Source of the DNA: Chrysomallon squamiferum
Taxonomy: Eukaryota; Animalia; Mollusca
Direction: 5' to 3'
Length of the DNA: 64,000 nt
NCBI GenBank assembly: GCA_012295275.1
Contig: CM022677.1
Location: forward strand, 20,894,001-20,958,000
A program made the translations under genes and the position numbers. Positions 23,933 to 49,993 of the stretch are shown piece by piece. The number at the start of each line of letters is the position of its first letter. Positions within the stretch are counted from its first letter, which is position 1. The notes under the pieces are model-generated. The model was given only the letters and a program-made list of their open reading frames with translations. It made no database searches and was not told the origin of the DNA.

Positions 23933-24454
23933 CTGTACTTGAAAAAAAGCACACATTCACTTTGCATCCTGTTTTTCATTTCTAAACTTTATTATATATC
24001 TGTTAAAAACACACGATACCCGCCAGTTCACTGTTCAAGTTTAAACAAGATTTATTTTTGGCGGTGAAATGTATTATTTTTGTTCTGTCCTTCTTCAAAC
24101 CAGGTGTTGAGTCTATCATTAGTAGATGTGTGACATACAGTGAGAAACATTTTTTAAACTAACGAAGCTGTAGAAGTTTTATCGCGTTAGATGCCATTTT
24201 CCTTCCTGTTTTTTTAATATAGAAAATATTAATCGTTCAGGATTTCTTCTGAAAAGAAAGAAATGTGTTATAGATGACTTGTAAGCTTACACCCGTTCTT
24301 TTTTTCAGTTCGTATCTTCCTGTCACTGAGTGTGGTCTGTTCAAACCGGATTCTCCGCACAAACAACTTCAACTTAAATCGAGATTGCAGACGAATACAG
24401 AAGAAAAGATTTCCAGGTGTTAAATTTTCCCTTTACTAACAAAAAGGTAAGACA

Positions 24455-24558
<104 letters not shown>

Positions 24559-24587
24559 TTATAATTATTATTATTATTATTATTATA

Positions 24588-24675
<88 letters not shown>

Positions 24676-24901
24676 TTATTATTTAAGATATTTTAAAATA
24701 AAACTTCGTTATTTAAGTTATGCTCTTAACATAATTTCTGTACATACTTTTACGGGTGCTTTACGCACTGGTTAAAGTGGACAGGTGTGGCTCAGAGGTT
24801 AGGTGAAAGAAGTTTCTGACTATGGGCTATAGCGTTTTTCTTTCCTAAAATCAATTTCGCGATTATTTGGTTATTGAGAAAAGGTACCCGTTCAATGTCG
24901 T

Positions 24902-24959
<58 letters not shown>

Positions 24960-25022
24960 TTAACTAATCATATTTATGTCCTATATTAAACATTGTGGCA
25001 AGATCATAAAAGAAATAGAAAA

Positions 25023-25222
25023 NNNNNNNNNNNNNNNNNNNNNNNNNNNNNNNNNNNNNNNNNNNNNNNNNNNNNNNNNNNNNNNNNNNNNNNNNNNNNN
25101 NNNNNNNNNNNNNNNNNNNNNNNNNNNNNNNNNNNNNNNNNNNNNNNNNNNNNNNNNNNNNNNNNNNNNNNNNNNNNNNNNNNNNNNNNNNNNNNNNNNN
25201 NNNNNNNNNNNNNNNNNNNNNN
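25023..25222. other. Assembly gap (200 N)
   Basis: Run of N. Confidence 1.
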
Positions 25223-25994
25223 TTACTATCGTTCAGTTACATATTGCTTAGAGAAATGTTTTCTACGTCTGTGGATGAGATAATTTGTCATAAAATCTGA
25301 GAGAGACATTTCGCTACAGAATTTACAATGCGTTGTGGTTGTTAATACTTTTGTTTTGTTGATTTCTGTTTAGAATGCTATAAATCAATTCAACTACATT
25401 TTCTATTCGAATTCATTATTATTATTTTACATCAGCTATGATAATTAAAATGATCGAAATTGATAAATCTTTAATCTTGTTGAAATATTACTGTTTTTAT
25501 TTTAATTTTTTGGCGTTCGCTATTAACGAATTTTGGTTCCTGATGTCCTGGGTACTACTCGCGTACAATGAAGAATGAGGACCACAGTCTGAAAACCTCT
25601 TTTGTAAATAATATCATTCTGAAAATTTTGTTCGCAAATAAAACTGTTATATACATTGCGTGTGTTTTGTATTCTGTGCATGATTTAGTTAACAATAGTC
25701 ACGCAGTCACAGTATAAATACATACGCATACGCATACACACATACAAATACATTCATAAACACATAAACACAAATTAACGCACACAAACACACACAAATG
25801 CACATACATGCAGATTAACATACACTTGGATATATACACAGACACACACACATATCTATATATCTACTATATAGCTATATATATACACACACACACATAG
25901 ATACACAGACACACTTATTTATACTCACATATAGACACACAACACACATATAAAGGGAGAATTAGATAATATGTGTGTAGCACACTTGTATAAT

Positions 25995-26069
<75 letters not shown>

Positions 26070-26362
26070 GAACGAAATTAAAACAGATGTTTTTTATTTT
26101 GTTTTTTCAAAGTGAATTAAAAAAATTAACAATAACAAAATAAATAGTTGAAACCCATACCAGGCCTCTGCAATAGACCTGACGTCAATAGCAAATTACG
26201 TAAGAGAAAAAAGAAAAGAAAAAGAACCACAACCTTGAAATCAAAGCAGTCGGACAACAGCTATCGCTAGTAAAATGATAAAAAGTTAATAATGACTATT
26301 TGAAATTTCCAGTTTATTCTGTTAAACCTTTCTTTTTAATTATTATTCTTTTTTTTTTTCAG

Positions 26363-26394
26363 AAGACTCCACAATGTCACTATTATAACAGCAG
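26363..26394 (+). other. Probable non-coding 5' UTR exon of LRR-TSP1 copy B, containing a short uORF (MSLL*)
   Basis: Strong polypyrimidine acceptor (ttttttttttcag) and a CAG|gtaaag donor. The coding exon has its own acceptor at 26971/26972, 48 nt before the ATG. Confidence 0.55.
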
Positions 26395-26831
26395 GTAAAG
26401 TTTCTTTTTGTTCTTTGCTTTTTTAACTTTTATTTTTACTTTAGTTTAATTTTAATTTTTATTAATGATTTAATTTTGTTATAATTAGCATTTTATCTCA
26501 CATACAAAACTGATAGCAGGGGACGACTACTCTTGAGACATTCGGCAATATACCTTTCTAAACGAAAATGAAAACCGAGTATTAATATATGGGCACAATG
26601 AAATATTTTTAATATTTTTTAATAATATTTAACTATGAACTTTTTAAACGTTATCAGATCCGTTCACCTTTTTCAGGAAATGGAAATTTCGATAGTAGCA
26701 AATAATCACACATCTTTCACTAATGTCGAAACAACGCGATCATTTCTCTATTACAGATATTTGAGATATCTATATACACAAAAATATAGCAAACTAACAC
26801 ACGCAGACGATTATCTAAGATTATAGATGTT

Positions 26832-26901
<70 letters not shown>

Positions 26902-27019
26902 GTTGTTGTTGCTGTTGTTGTTGTTATTATTGTTATTATTATTATTAATATTATTATTATATTTTATCTAGGTGCTCAAAACAGTGGGAATTTCGATTAA
27001 TTTGAATTTTAAGAACATC

Positions 27020-38112
<11,093 letters not shown>

Positions 38113-40702
38113 TAAAGGGAGCGTTCGATTCTTATGAGAAAACGACGATTACCAATTTCATATAGATTTTGTTTGGTCTCTTCATGTGACCAGTTACTAT
38201 GTAAGGTACCTAAAGTCGGAAATGAGGAATTTTGAATTTTTTTTGTCTGCATATGACCATTTATTATGAAAGACACATAATGTCTATTTAATACGTGATT
38301 GGCTTGTTTTTATGATATAATGAATTTATTTGAAAATTTCTAATGCAATTTAAGTAATTCACTTCTGATTCTAAATACTCCGGTTAGTTGTGCTTGGATG
38401 TCATTCATTATTTACAAAATGAAGCTGAAATATATTCTCTTCGCTTCGTGTTTGTCATTTTCGTCAGTGTTTTAATTTCACACACACCACTCTATTATTA
38501 AATATCAACCATAAATTGTTATTATCACAATTAGTAATTTTATTATTTAACAGTGTCATTAAAATAGTTCGTTTGAATTGAAAATAACTGTAGTAATCAG
38601 TTGTGTGTCGTTTGTGTTATCGTTAACAGAGTCTTTAAAACTCCTCTTCTGAGTTGAAAATGATAGTTTTTGTTATTTAAATATTTAATATCGTCATTAA
38701 AATAGTTGAAAATAATACTAGTAATGTTTTAAGTCTTATTTATTTTTATTTTACATTGATATTGAAATGTGAGTTTAAAACAGCGTTAGCAGTTGTTTCT
38801 GTGTTGTTGTTGTTGTTTTGGGGTGTTTTTCTTGGAGGGTATGTTTGACTGTGTCACAAAAATAGTTCTTCTGAGTTGAAAATGATAGACTACAGATAAA
38901 ACATTTTTATTTTTATTTGGTAGCAGCTGTCGTCCACTAAGGAATATTAAATATTGACATTTACAAAGCTGAATTTAACACGTTTGTCTTTAAATGCTGA
39001 TTAGGAATGTTTAGTCAATGATCGTGAACTGAAACATTAAATCAGAACAGGCTTATCAGACATGACGGAACATCAAAGTAGTTTTTTTTCTGCTGAACAA
39101 AAACCTCGATGACACAGCATATCTGCTAAATAAACGAAGTAATACATATCACATTCTTCTTACTACTAAATAGCATGAAGAAACATCAAATAAATGATAA
39201 ATAAACATCAAAGTAGACTTATCTGTTAAAATAAATGATTAAAAAACCCATTAAAGTATGTTTTTCTGATAAAATAAATGATAAAAAACATTAAAAGAGG
39301 TGTATATGCTAAAACAAAAGATAAAAAATTCAAGTAGGTTTATCTACTAAAATAAATAAAAAAACCCATTAAAGTAGGTTTATCTGTTAAAAGAAATGAT
39401 AAAAAACATCAAAGTAGGTTTATCTGCTGAAATAAATAATAAAAACATTAAAGTAGGTGTATCTACTAAAATAAATAATTAAAAAAACATCAAAGTAGGT
39501 TTATCTGCTAAAATAAATGATGAAAAACATCAAAGTAGGTTTATCTGCTAAAAGAAATGATGAAAAACATCAAAGTAGGTTTATCTGCTAAAAGAAATGA
39601 TGAAAAACATCAAAGTAGGTTTATCTGCTGAAATAAATGGAAAAAAAACAAAAAATGAAAGGAGATTTATCTGCTAAAATGAATGATAAAAACCATTAAA
39701 GGAGGTTTATATGCTAGAAAATGAAGAAGTAGATTCGTTTGGTAAAAAATGATAAAGAAACGTCGACGTAGGTTTATCTGTCTAATAACAAGAAGATATA
39801 TCAATCATGTTGCTTAATTTGGTATTTTGTCTGTATTCGTTCTTATTAAATAATAAATAAATTAATTAATTAATTAAATAAGAAGTAAAATACTGAATTT
39901 ACTTGCACTATAAAATACAAGTCACATTCTTAGATTATTCTTCTTTATTTTCTTTTTCCCTTCTTCTTTTTCTTTTGGTAGATTCAACAGAATTTAAAAT
40001 TATTTTTATTCTGACGACTCATTTTATTCAAAATAAAATTCAGTTTTGAAATAAAGCAGACGTTCTAAGACCATGTCTGTTTATAGTTATTCAATTGTTT
40101 CATGTTATTATTTATTTATTTATTTATTTTGTTTCTTTGTTTGTTCGTTGGTGTGACATGCATCCAGAATTTAAATTTATTGGATGAAGGGAGATAATTC
40201 TTTTGCCTCAATTAGAATCAAAATCTTGGTAGTCTCGCATTCTAATTACTTCCCTTGATTTGCAAAACTCAAACAGAGAATGAATGTTTAATTATGGAGA
40301 AGTATTTAATTAATAAAAATAAAAATAAATTTTTTAATAAAAAGCAACATTTCTTTAAAATGTTTTCTTGGTTTCAGTTTTAAACTGTGTTTAATTAGGT
40401 CTAAATCGTTTATTTCATTCATAACTTCTCACTATATTTTTGATCAATGTAATAATATGTCTAAGAACAGTCGAAAACTTACAGAAACACTCAGAAACAC
40501 AGACACAAACCAACAAACACATATTCACATTCACATATATATATGATCTAAGAAGCTGTATTGTTAATTATGTTTAGGTACAGAGACAAACAGCAACACA
40601 TTTCTTTAAAAATATTTTCTTAGCTTCACTTCTAAAACATTAAGAGTAAATGTATTTCATACTGTGTCAGTACTTAAATGATCTTAATTTTCTATTTTTA
40701 TC

Positions 40703-40746
<44 letters not shown>

Positions 40747-41086
40747 GTAACAGTACTACTACTAATAATAGCAACAACAACAACAACAACAATAATAATA
40801 ATAATAACAATTATTATTAGTAGTAGTATTGGTATTAGTATCATTACTACTACTACAATTAGTGATAGATTTTAAAAATAAATCTGATCTTTTTTGTTGA
40901 AATGGTCGTGTTTCTGCAACATACTTTTAATTCTCAGCTGAATGAACAATCCATTAAATGCTTGTAATCTGGTGTAGTCTTCACAACAATGACCAGTTAG
41001 AAAGATAGCTGTTATCCCAATAAATAACGATATAAATAATGCTATTTTTATTTGTAATTTCTTCTTCTTTTCTCTTTTCCATCTTC

Positions 41087-41180
<94 letters not shown>

Positions 41181-41795
41181 CTTTAACAGTAATTTTGGAA
41201 TTTGTTCATGATTATTTTGCTTGGTGTGATAACTTCACATAACTTCAGAGGAGAGGGCAGCTGGTTTGTATGTGTGTCTGTGTGTGTGTGTGTGTTTTGT
41301 TTGATGATGATGATAATAATAATAATAATAGTAACGATAACACTAATAATGGTAAAAGTAATAATCGTAAACCCATACGTACATTAACAGGTAAGCGTCT
41401 CTCATTTAAATACGTAATATTACGAAATTGTTCTGTATTTTTCTTTAAACAAAAAGAGTAGATTTTATAAATTTTGGATTGTGAGAAAAGTTATAAAAGA
41501 CGGCGACTGCACTACTTAGACTAGACATTTTTTTTTTTTTTGTGTTTTTCAGTCAGTAGAAAAAATCTGATCTTTTGTTTAAAGGTGGTGTTTCTTCAAT
41601 ATACTTTTAATTCTCACCAGAATGAACAATCCATTAAATGCTTGTAATCTGGTGTAGTCTTCACAACAATGACTAGTTAGAAAGATAGCTGTTATCCCAA
41701 TAAATAACGATATAAATAATGCTATTTTTATTTGTAATTTCTTCTTCTTTTCTCTTCTTCTTCTTTTCTTACTATCATTATTATTGTTATTGTTG

Positions 41796-41848
<53 letters not shown>

Positions 41849-43744
41849 TTATTTATTTATTTATTTATTTACTTACTTGAACAGTAATTTTGGACTATTT
41901 TCATGATAATTTTTCTTAGTGTCATAACTTCACATAACTTCAGAGGAGAGGGCAGCTGGTCCAATATACGCATACACATACACGCACCCACGCACGCTCG
42001 CATGCATGCATGCATGTAAGCATATATGTATATATATATATATTGTAATTTCTTCTTTTTTCTTTTTTTCTTCTTCCTCCTATTATTATTATTATTATTA
42101 TTCTATTTTGATGTTAATTCAGGATGTATGTATTATAATATTCACCGCCACAGTGGTTCACCAAACATTGTCTGATAGAGAGTTGAACAAAGTTTACTTT
42201 GTATATCTCAAAGGTGGAACAGAGTTGACTTTGCACTAAGTAAATATACTTATCTCTAGATAATAAAATTTCAAACAGCTGTGTTAACTGTAGTCTTGAC
42301 AAAACAGATTAGTACGTCATACTATCATTTCTTTTTTTGTTTTCCTTTTTTTTTTTTTTTTTTTTTTTAATACAACGTTAAACATACCTATGTTGCAGAT
42401 AGATATCACGTATTTTAAACAGTGGTCATAGAAATATTTCAGTCTGCAATATCGCAAATAATTATTGAAATACAAATAAATATAAATAGATTAAACGAGG
42501 GATTACTGCTACTGCATTTTTAAATAATGAAAACTTGATCATAAAGTAATTAGAATATAAAAGACAATGACGTTTTTACGAATAACTGATAAGAATAGTT
42601 GCAATAGTATTTGTAGTGAATGAGTAATCTTAATATTTAGCCGTAGTGGTAGTAATACTAATAGTATTAATAGTAGTAGTAGAAGTAACATTAGTAGTAG
42701 TTGTACTAGTAGTAGTAGTTGTAGAAGGGTTATTAGTAGTTGAAACATTAGCAGTAATAATTGTAGCTACAGCAGAGAGTGTATCAATACAATCAGTAGT
42801 AGTACAACGTGTAGTGTACTAGTAGAAGATTTAGTAGAACTAGTAGCGTGCTAGTGTAGTAACTGTAGTGTAACAAATGGTAGATTTAATAATAGTAATA
42901 GTGTACTACTAGAACTAGTAGAAGTAGTTGAACCAGATCATTATTTTATGTTTTCTATTGAAATGAAATCAATGCATGTATTATTATTATTAATAGTAGT
43001 AGTAGTAGTAGTAGTAGTATTTCTATGTGTACGTGACTAAAAGCACACGTTCATTTTGTATGGTGTTTGTTATTCGTATGGTTTATTTATATATCTGTTA
43101 TCAAGACACGATAGCCGCCAGTTCATTGTTCAAGTTTGAGCAAGATCTATTTTTGGAGGGGAATGTATTAGCTGTGTCTGTTCTTCTATTAGCAGTGTCC
43201 TATGTATACAAGCGTTATAACATTTCATCGAATTTAATTTAGCATAAGAATGTACATTTTTCACGATTTTTATTCTAGAAAGGAGAGATAATTTATGTCT
43301 GACTTTATAGGTAAAACAAAATATTATTTTTATAACTTAAAACAATTCGAAAATCGTTGTCTACGATAGAAAGATAGATACATAGATAGAGATTGATATA
43401 TAGATAGGTAGAGAGAGAGACAGAGACAGAGTGAGAGACAGAAACAGAGCAAGTAAGAAAGAGAAAGGGGCAGAAACAGAGAGACAGGCAGACAGACAGA
43501 GAAAGAGAGGGAGAGAGGGAGAGAGACAGAAAGTGAGAGAAAGAGAGACAAAAGAGACAGAGAAACAGTGATATATGGACAGACACAGATATGCTGAGAG
43601 GGAAAGACATCAACAGAGAGAGATAGAAACCGAGAGTGAGAGAAAGAAAGACAAAAAGAGAGAATCACAGTGAGACAGAGAGATGGAGAAAAACAGAGAT
43701 TGAGACAAAGATAGTGGGAAAGACTAACAGAAACAGACGGAGAA

Positions 43745-43872
<128 letters not shown>

Positions 43873-44592
43873 AGAGAGAGAGAGAGCAATTGGATACACC
43901 TTTTTTAGGGTTAATTACGGAGTTATTAAAATAATAAATTAATTAAATGTGCATTTGTTTTTAATTATACTGCCAGTTTATCTGTTTCTGACATTTCAAT
44001 TTAAAAAACAATTTGTTTAATAAACGTGACACTTTAGAAATAAAAAATAAAATTGTATTTTCTTTCTTTATAGTATACCATTATACCGCCTAGTATGTGT
44101 TCTTGTATTAACTTGTATCTGTGTGTGTGTGTGTGTGCGTGTGTGTGTGTGTGTGTTTGTGCAGAAAAGTACATAGCTTAAACCCCTTCGCTGTTTGAAT
44201 TGGTATGTTCCTCAGATTACGTGTCTTCTGTCAGAACTGTTTCTCCGAACAAAACCGTGAGAGCAAATCCAAACTGCAGACGAGTACCGGAGAAATGCAC
44301 AGAAGTTAAAATTTTCATTCGTTAACTCAAAGGTAAGAACATTTTTTTTATTATTGTTATTATTATTATTAATGTAGTTTTTGTTGTTCTTGTTTTTTCT
44401 CTTTTTGTTATATTTAATACATGCACTTCTATGAATCCTGATTTCTTTTATTGAACAATTTCGAGTTAATCTGATCAAGAAAAAAACGAGTTTCCAAATA
44501 CAATGATTTTTTTGCTTAGTACCGAACAAAAAGGTGTGCGAAATTGTCTTCCAGCAGTAACGACATTTTACGTTTTAATTTATTATTATTAC

Positions 44593-44647
<55 letters not shown>

Positions 44648-45927
44648 TTAATACTATTTCACGTATTTTAAGATACATTAAATGATTAAATGAAGTATTT
44701 TCTCTCTACCCAGTGTTACATTCGATACGATTCAGTTCATTGTTAAGTTTACACAAGATATATTTTTGTCCACGAAGTATTTTATCTGTGTCAGTGACGT
44801 GGTCTTCCACAATCAGCTGTCTATTGTCGTTTTACAGAAGAGAGATAATATCTGATACCAGTGTCAGGTCACAGGCACGTTGACATACGGGTCTGTCTTA
44901 ACGGAATTTTTTTTACAACACATTTCTACTGCGCATTACACGAAAACCTCCATAACTGCGAACAACACACACAGTTAAAATTGTCAGACTTTATTCTCAT
45001 CATCCACTGGTGAACCTAGAAGACTGTGAGGGAGTGGGTACGCACCCCGCCCAACAAAAACCTGTGATGTTGGCAGTGCTAAAATTAAATAATGTGACGT
45101 CACTCTTTACAGAAAAGTGAATATTGTAAATAATATGCAGATACACATACATACGTACATACAGATACATAGATACATACATACATACATTCATACATAC
45201 GTACATACATACATAGAGACACGCCGACATTGGTCAAATAATACAACAATTAGATATCTTTCTTACAATAAAGGTTAATAAATAATTTAATGCTACTAAT
45301 AAAAAGCTGATATCAGGGTTTTTGTGCAAAAAAAAAAAAATAAAAAAAAAAAATTCAAAACATTTTACACTTGAACGGTTTTATTTATGAAAATAACTAC
45401 ACTCTTCCGTTCTACTGCACTGAAATTGTGTTTGAACTAGGATAATAAAAACAACAAAGTAACAAGAAAAAGACATCTGCTTAATGATCATTGATATTTT
45501 AAAAACTTTATTATTGTTATTTCATATTAACCACTGCTCTCTTCTAATATATATATTAACTGTTAAATAATATACGACATATTTTCGTAGTAATAGTGGT
45601 GGTTGTAGTATTGTCTGAAACATTATATACAGTTTTCTGTACACAAATATGAAGGATGTTCTTTGTCATTAATACGTACAAACAACAACAAATAATAACT
45701 GATATTTCAAAAACATGATTCTCATTTCCTCTGTACCAGTGTGCAGTAGATTAAAATAAAATAAAAATACAATAAAAAAAATAAATAAAATGAAATAAAA
45801 AAAAAAAATAAAATAAAATAACCATAAAATGAAAAAAGGCGAAGAAGAAAAGTAAAGTCTGTGTGCTGTTTACAGCAACAAACTAAAATACTAATAAAAT
45901 ATGTAACATTATAATGTATTAAACCCA

Positions 45928-46006
<79 letters not shown>

Positions 46007-47236
46007 ATATTACTGTTATTATAAACTATTTTAATGAAAATCATTACAAGTCTCATCTCTGTAAACAGTGTTACATTCGATACCCTCCACTTCACTGATA
46101 AGGTTAAACAAGATTTATTTTTGTCCATAAACTATTTTATCTGTGTCAGTGACGCACACACACAAATATTCGCATCAAAAACCTAAACAGACAGACACAT
46201 ACAAATACAAATAGTACACACAAAAATACTGATACACGCACACACCCATAAATATACACACATACATAAGCTTGACGTGCACACCAAATCACACATACTC
46301 ACACAGAGTCATATACACAAACATACACAAACATACACACACACACACACATACAAGCAAAACCACACATGCACGTTCACACATACACGCACTCACTTGC
46401 AACAACAGTTGAGCCGGACCTGAACAGAGCTATGCTGATCATATATTTTCTATTTTATCTTGCAGAATCACTAATACTATACCAATGCTACTACTATTAC
46501 TGGTACTACTACTATTACTAATTCAGTTATTACTACTACCAATAATATATCTCTTAATGATCTAATTTTATTTTATATTTTTTATATATTATTTTTGTTG
46601 TTGTTGTTGTTGTTGTTTCTTTATGTATTTTTAAATGCATTTTTTGTTGTTTCTTTGTCTGTTTGTATGTTTATAATTAACAAGTATGATAAATTTTACA
46701 AACACTTTTTTTTCACTTTGCTTCCTCGTATTGGTTTTCACCTGAATTTATTCTATAAAACACTTTGACTGTGTGTAATCACAAAGTGATTAACGAGGAA
46801 CGAATGTGTCGCATCGATATTGTAGGTGTGACTGTAATTAAGCGAGAGGAAACAAAGGATGAAATATCAGATAACTTGTAACACTTGTTGTATGAATCCG
46901 GCCTGATGCATTCAAAGAGTTAGTCAAACTAGCATTTTACACTGCCACTGCAATTTGCTAGCAATGGTGTCAGCAAAACGAAATAAGATCTATACATTGT
47001 CATTAGTAATGCTGTTTGTGTTTAATAAAAGAATAACAGCAGTAGCAAAACCAACAACAACAACAACAACAACAACAATAATAATAATAATAATAATTGA
47101 AATAGTAGCTTTCCACAGTAGAATGATCAGTTATACTGATCAACATAGAAGACGGTAGTTTACACCAGTAACAATACAGTGAAAACAATAGCAGAGAGTT
47201 TGTCACATTATCTCAGAGGAACATCCGCCAACCACC

Positions 47237-47430
47237 TGTTACATTTCACTTTCACTTCATCAAACCTCATCATGAAAGCTGGTGTTACATTTCACTTTCA
47301 CTGTATAAAACTTCATCAGGAAAACTGCTGTTCCATTTCGTTTTCACTGCATCAAACTTCATCTTGAAAACTGGTGTTACATTTCGTCTTCACTGCATCA
47401 AACTTCATCTCGAAAACTGCTGTTACATCT
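47237..47430 (+). repeat. 46-bp tandem repeat (~4.2 units) abutting the lectin ATG
   Basis: tgttac/tgttcc anchors at 47237, 47283, 47329, 47375 and 47421. Confidence 0.85.
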
Positions 47431-47434
47431 CAAC

Positions 47435-49685
47435 ATGGAGAATTTAATCTTTGTCGTATTTAGCCTTCTGATGCTCAGTTCACCTGTTGGTAAGTTTCTC
47501 TTTACGTATGTTTGTCTGTATGTGAGTGTGGGTTTTGCTGTGTTGTATATTTGTGAGTGACTATTCTCTGTCTCAGGTACGTATGGTTAGACTCTGCACA
47601 CAGACAATATAAAGGAACGCAGTAACACCGGAGGACGAAGTCCAATCACAAACTCTCAAACGTGAGATGTCGCTGACGAGACTAGAACTGAGTCTCATTC
47701 GTCCGCACTCCGCAGTGGACAACGAAACCATTCGACACCGAGACAAACTTTGCATACGTAAATATGTGTGTGAGTGTGTGTGCGTGTGTGTTACTGTGTA
47801 TGTGAGTGTGTGTGTGTGTGTATGTGTGAGTGTGTGTGAGTGTGAGTGTGTGTGTGTGTGTGTGAGTGTATGTGTGGAACAGTGTGTTTTTTATAACTGT
47901 ATGTAAATTTATTTTGTATGCCTTTGTCGATTTGTCAATATTTTGTTTCCTCTGTGATGCACTTAAGTGAGGTGCAGATATTACAATTGTACATATTTAA
48001 ACTGCTGCTGCTACTACTACTACTAATACTAATAATATTAATAATAACAATAATAATAATAATTTCAAAAACTGTCAGGAAAAAAATTCGGTTCTTTTCA
48101 GGCACAATTATTTGTTTTATTAATGGCAAACTTGCGAACGCTGAGTGCTTTGCGTTAATCTTGTGTGACGTCACATCCGCTTTCTTAACACTTTGTTACT
48201 TTGATATTATTATTATTATAATTATTATTATTATTATTAATTCGTCCATATTATCAAGATAAAACTTTCGAAACTTCTATTCGTTATACATTGATACGTG
48301 GATGTCAAGCAGTACCGTTTGTTTTTTTTGTTTTTGTTTTTTTTTAATTTCTGCTCTTTGACATTTAACAGAGGGTTGGTACTGTCAGGCAGGATTTACG
48401 AGATTCAGATCTCACTGCTACTGGGTTTCACCGCGGTCGTTGACAGCCTCCTGGATTGAAGCTAGCGTGAGCATCTTTTTCTTCTTTCTTATTTTAATCA
48501 TCTTTATCAGCATCAGCATCGTCACCTTCTAGCTTATGTATTTAAAGGACAACAGGATCAAAACAATGCGATATAAATTAATGAGAAAATGTATGAACCT
48601 TTTCACATTTAAAAAAAATAGTGCAAATTTTCTGACAAAAATAAAAAAATATATATATCTTAGAATATCTTCAATTACTAGAGTCTATGTAATGGATCAG
48701 GTGAAGAAAAAAAAATGAGATTTTTGTCGTAAAGATTTTATGAAAAATTCTGTTTCGAAACCAGGATAAAATAATACAGTTTACGTGATGGAAAGATAGA
48801 ACAATGCTTGTCCCGTTTCAGTAGGTCAACTGCACACCGTAACTGACTTGTGCTTTTGAACTTATGTTTTGGATGCACGTTATCTTGTAGACATATCTTC
48901 CGCCACGTTCAAACAAAATTAAACAAAATATTAAACGACTTGGGATTAAAGATTCATCTAATCCATGTACTTTTTAAAACTGTTATAAAATATAATTATT
49001 TATCATTTAGTATCTCCGTTTTCATAACATGGATTCTAAACTACACTTAAGAGTATTATTTTTATTTTTATTTTTACTTTTTTTTTACTTTTTTTTTCAA
49101 AACCACCTTTCTAGATAAATTATAACATCTTTACTTGTTTCGAAAACGTTTCTTCTGGGTTAGATAATGCTTTTTAATAAATGTTTTATTTTCGAATTAT
49201 TAAACAGTTTAAAACTTATCCTTCCTAAAGTGCATAGTTATTCTAGTAGATATTTCGTTTCTCCTGTTATTATTGAATCGTAGGTTTGTTCACTAGTTTT
49301 ATATAAATTCATGGGAAATATAATTAATACGTCAGTGAATTCTAATACGGTGCAGACCAGCTACTGTATGGTCTCGTTGAAAAGCTGAAGTCCAAACATT
49401 CTTTATTTTCCCTCTATATTTACAAACAAATTATACATTATTAATTTGTGCACACACAGAGACACACACAAACACACAGACATAGTCACACACTCATAGA
49501 TATGTATACATATTTATATTTTCACTTTTATATTTCAGCAATATTGTCGTTTCATGAATTCTTATCTGGTTGTAATCAATTCACCACTTGAAAACAGATA
49601 CATTGAAAACATAGTGAGAAGAGGGGGACGTGGTAAGTATAACAAACATTTGTATTGGTGTGAATATACGTGTGTATGTGTGTGG

Positions 49686-49728
<43 letters not shown>

Positions 49729-49993
49729 CCTATATGATTATCTGATATTTTATTGCTTTGTATTAACAGCAGATTACTGGATCGGAGCTAGCAGCATACA
49801 GAGTGGTACTTTTGAGTGGATGTCGAGAAAACCTCTTTCATACTCAAACTGGAATCCAGGCGAGCCAAACAATAATGCTGGGGGCGAGCAATGCGTTCAT
49901 ATCTCAAAACGAAGGAATTATCGATGGAATGACGAAAAGTGCCACTGGCTATATGGATTTGTGTGTGAACAGAAACATAAACATCATTACTAA
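47435..49993 (+). CDS. Secreted perlucin-like C-type lectin (EPN/WND), 155 aa in the 4-exon model
   Basis: Exons 47435-47489 (signal MENLIFVVFSLLMLSSPV), 48372-48466 (GWYCQAGFTRFRSHCYWVS...SWIEAS), 49539-49632 (QYCRFMNSYLVVINSPLEN...), 49770-49993 (DYWIGAS...WNPGEPNN...QC...WNDEKC...FVCE); total 468 nt with matching phases. AATAAA overlaps the stop. Cys pattern and WIG/EPN/WND motifs are those of a canonical CTLD. Confidence 0.88.
47577..47757 (+). pseudogene. Decayed phase-1/phase-1 exon (putative helical neck) inside the lectin gene
   Basis: Good acceptor (ttctctgtctcag) and donor (C|gtaaat), but the exon is 181 nt (not a multiple of 3) with an early in-frame TAG. The downstream frame reads RNAVTPEDEVQSQTLKREMSLTRLELSLIR...KLCI. 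Confidence 0.6.
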
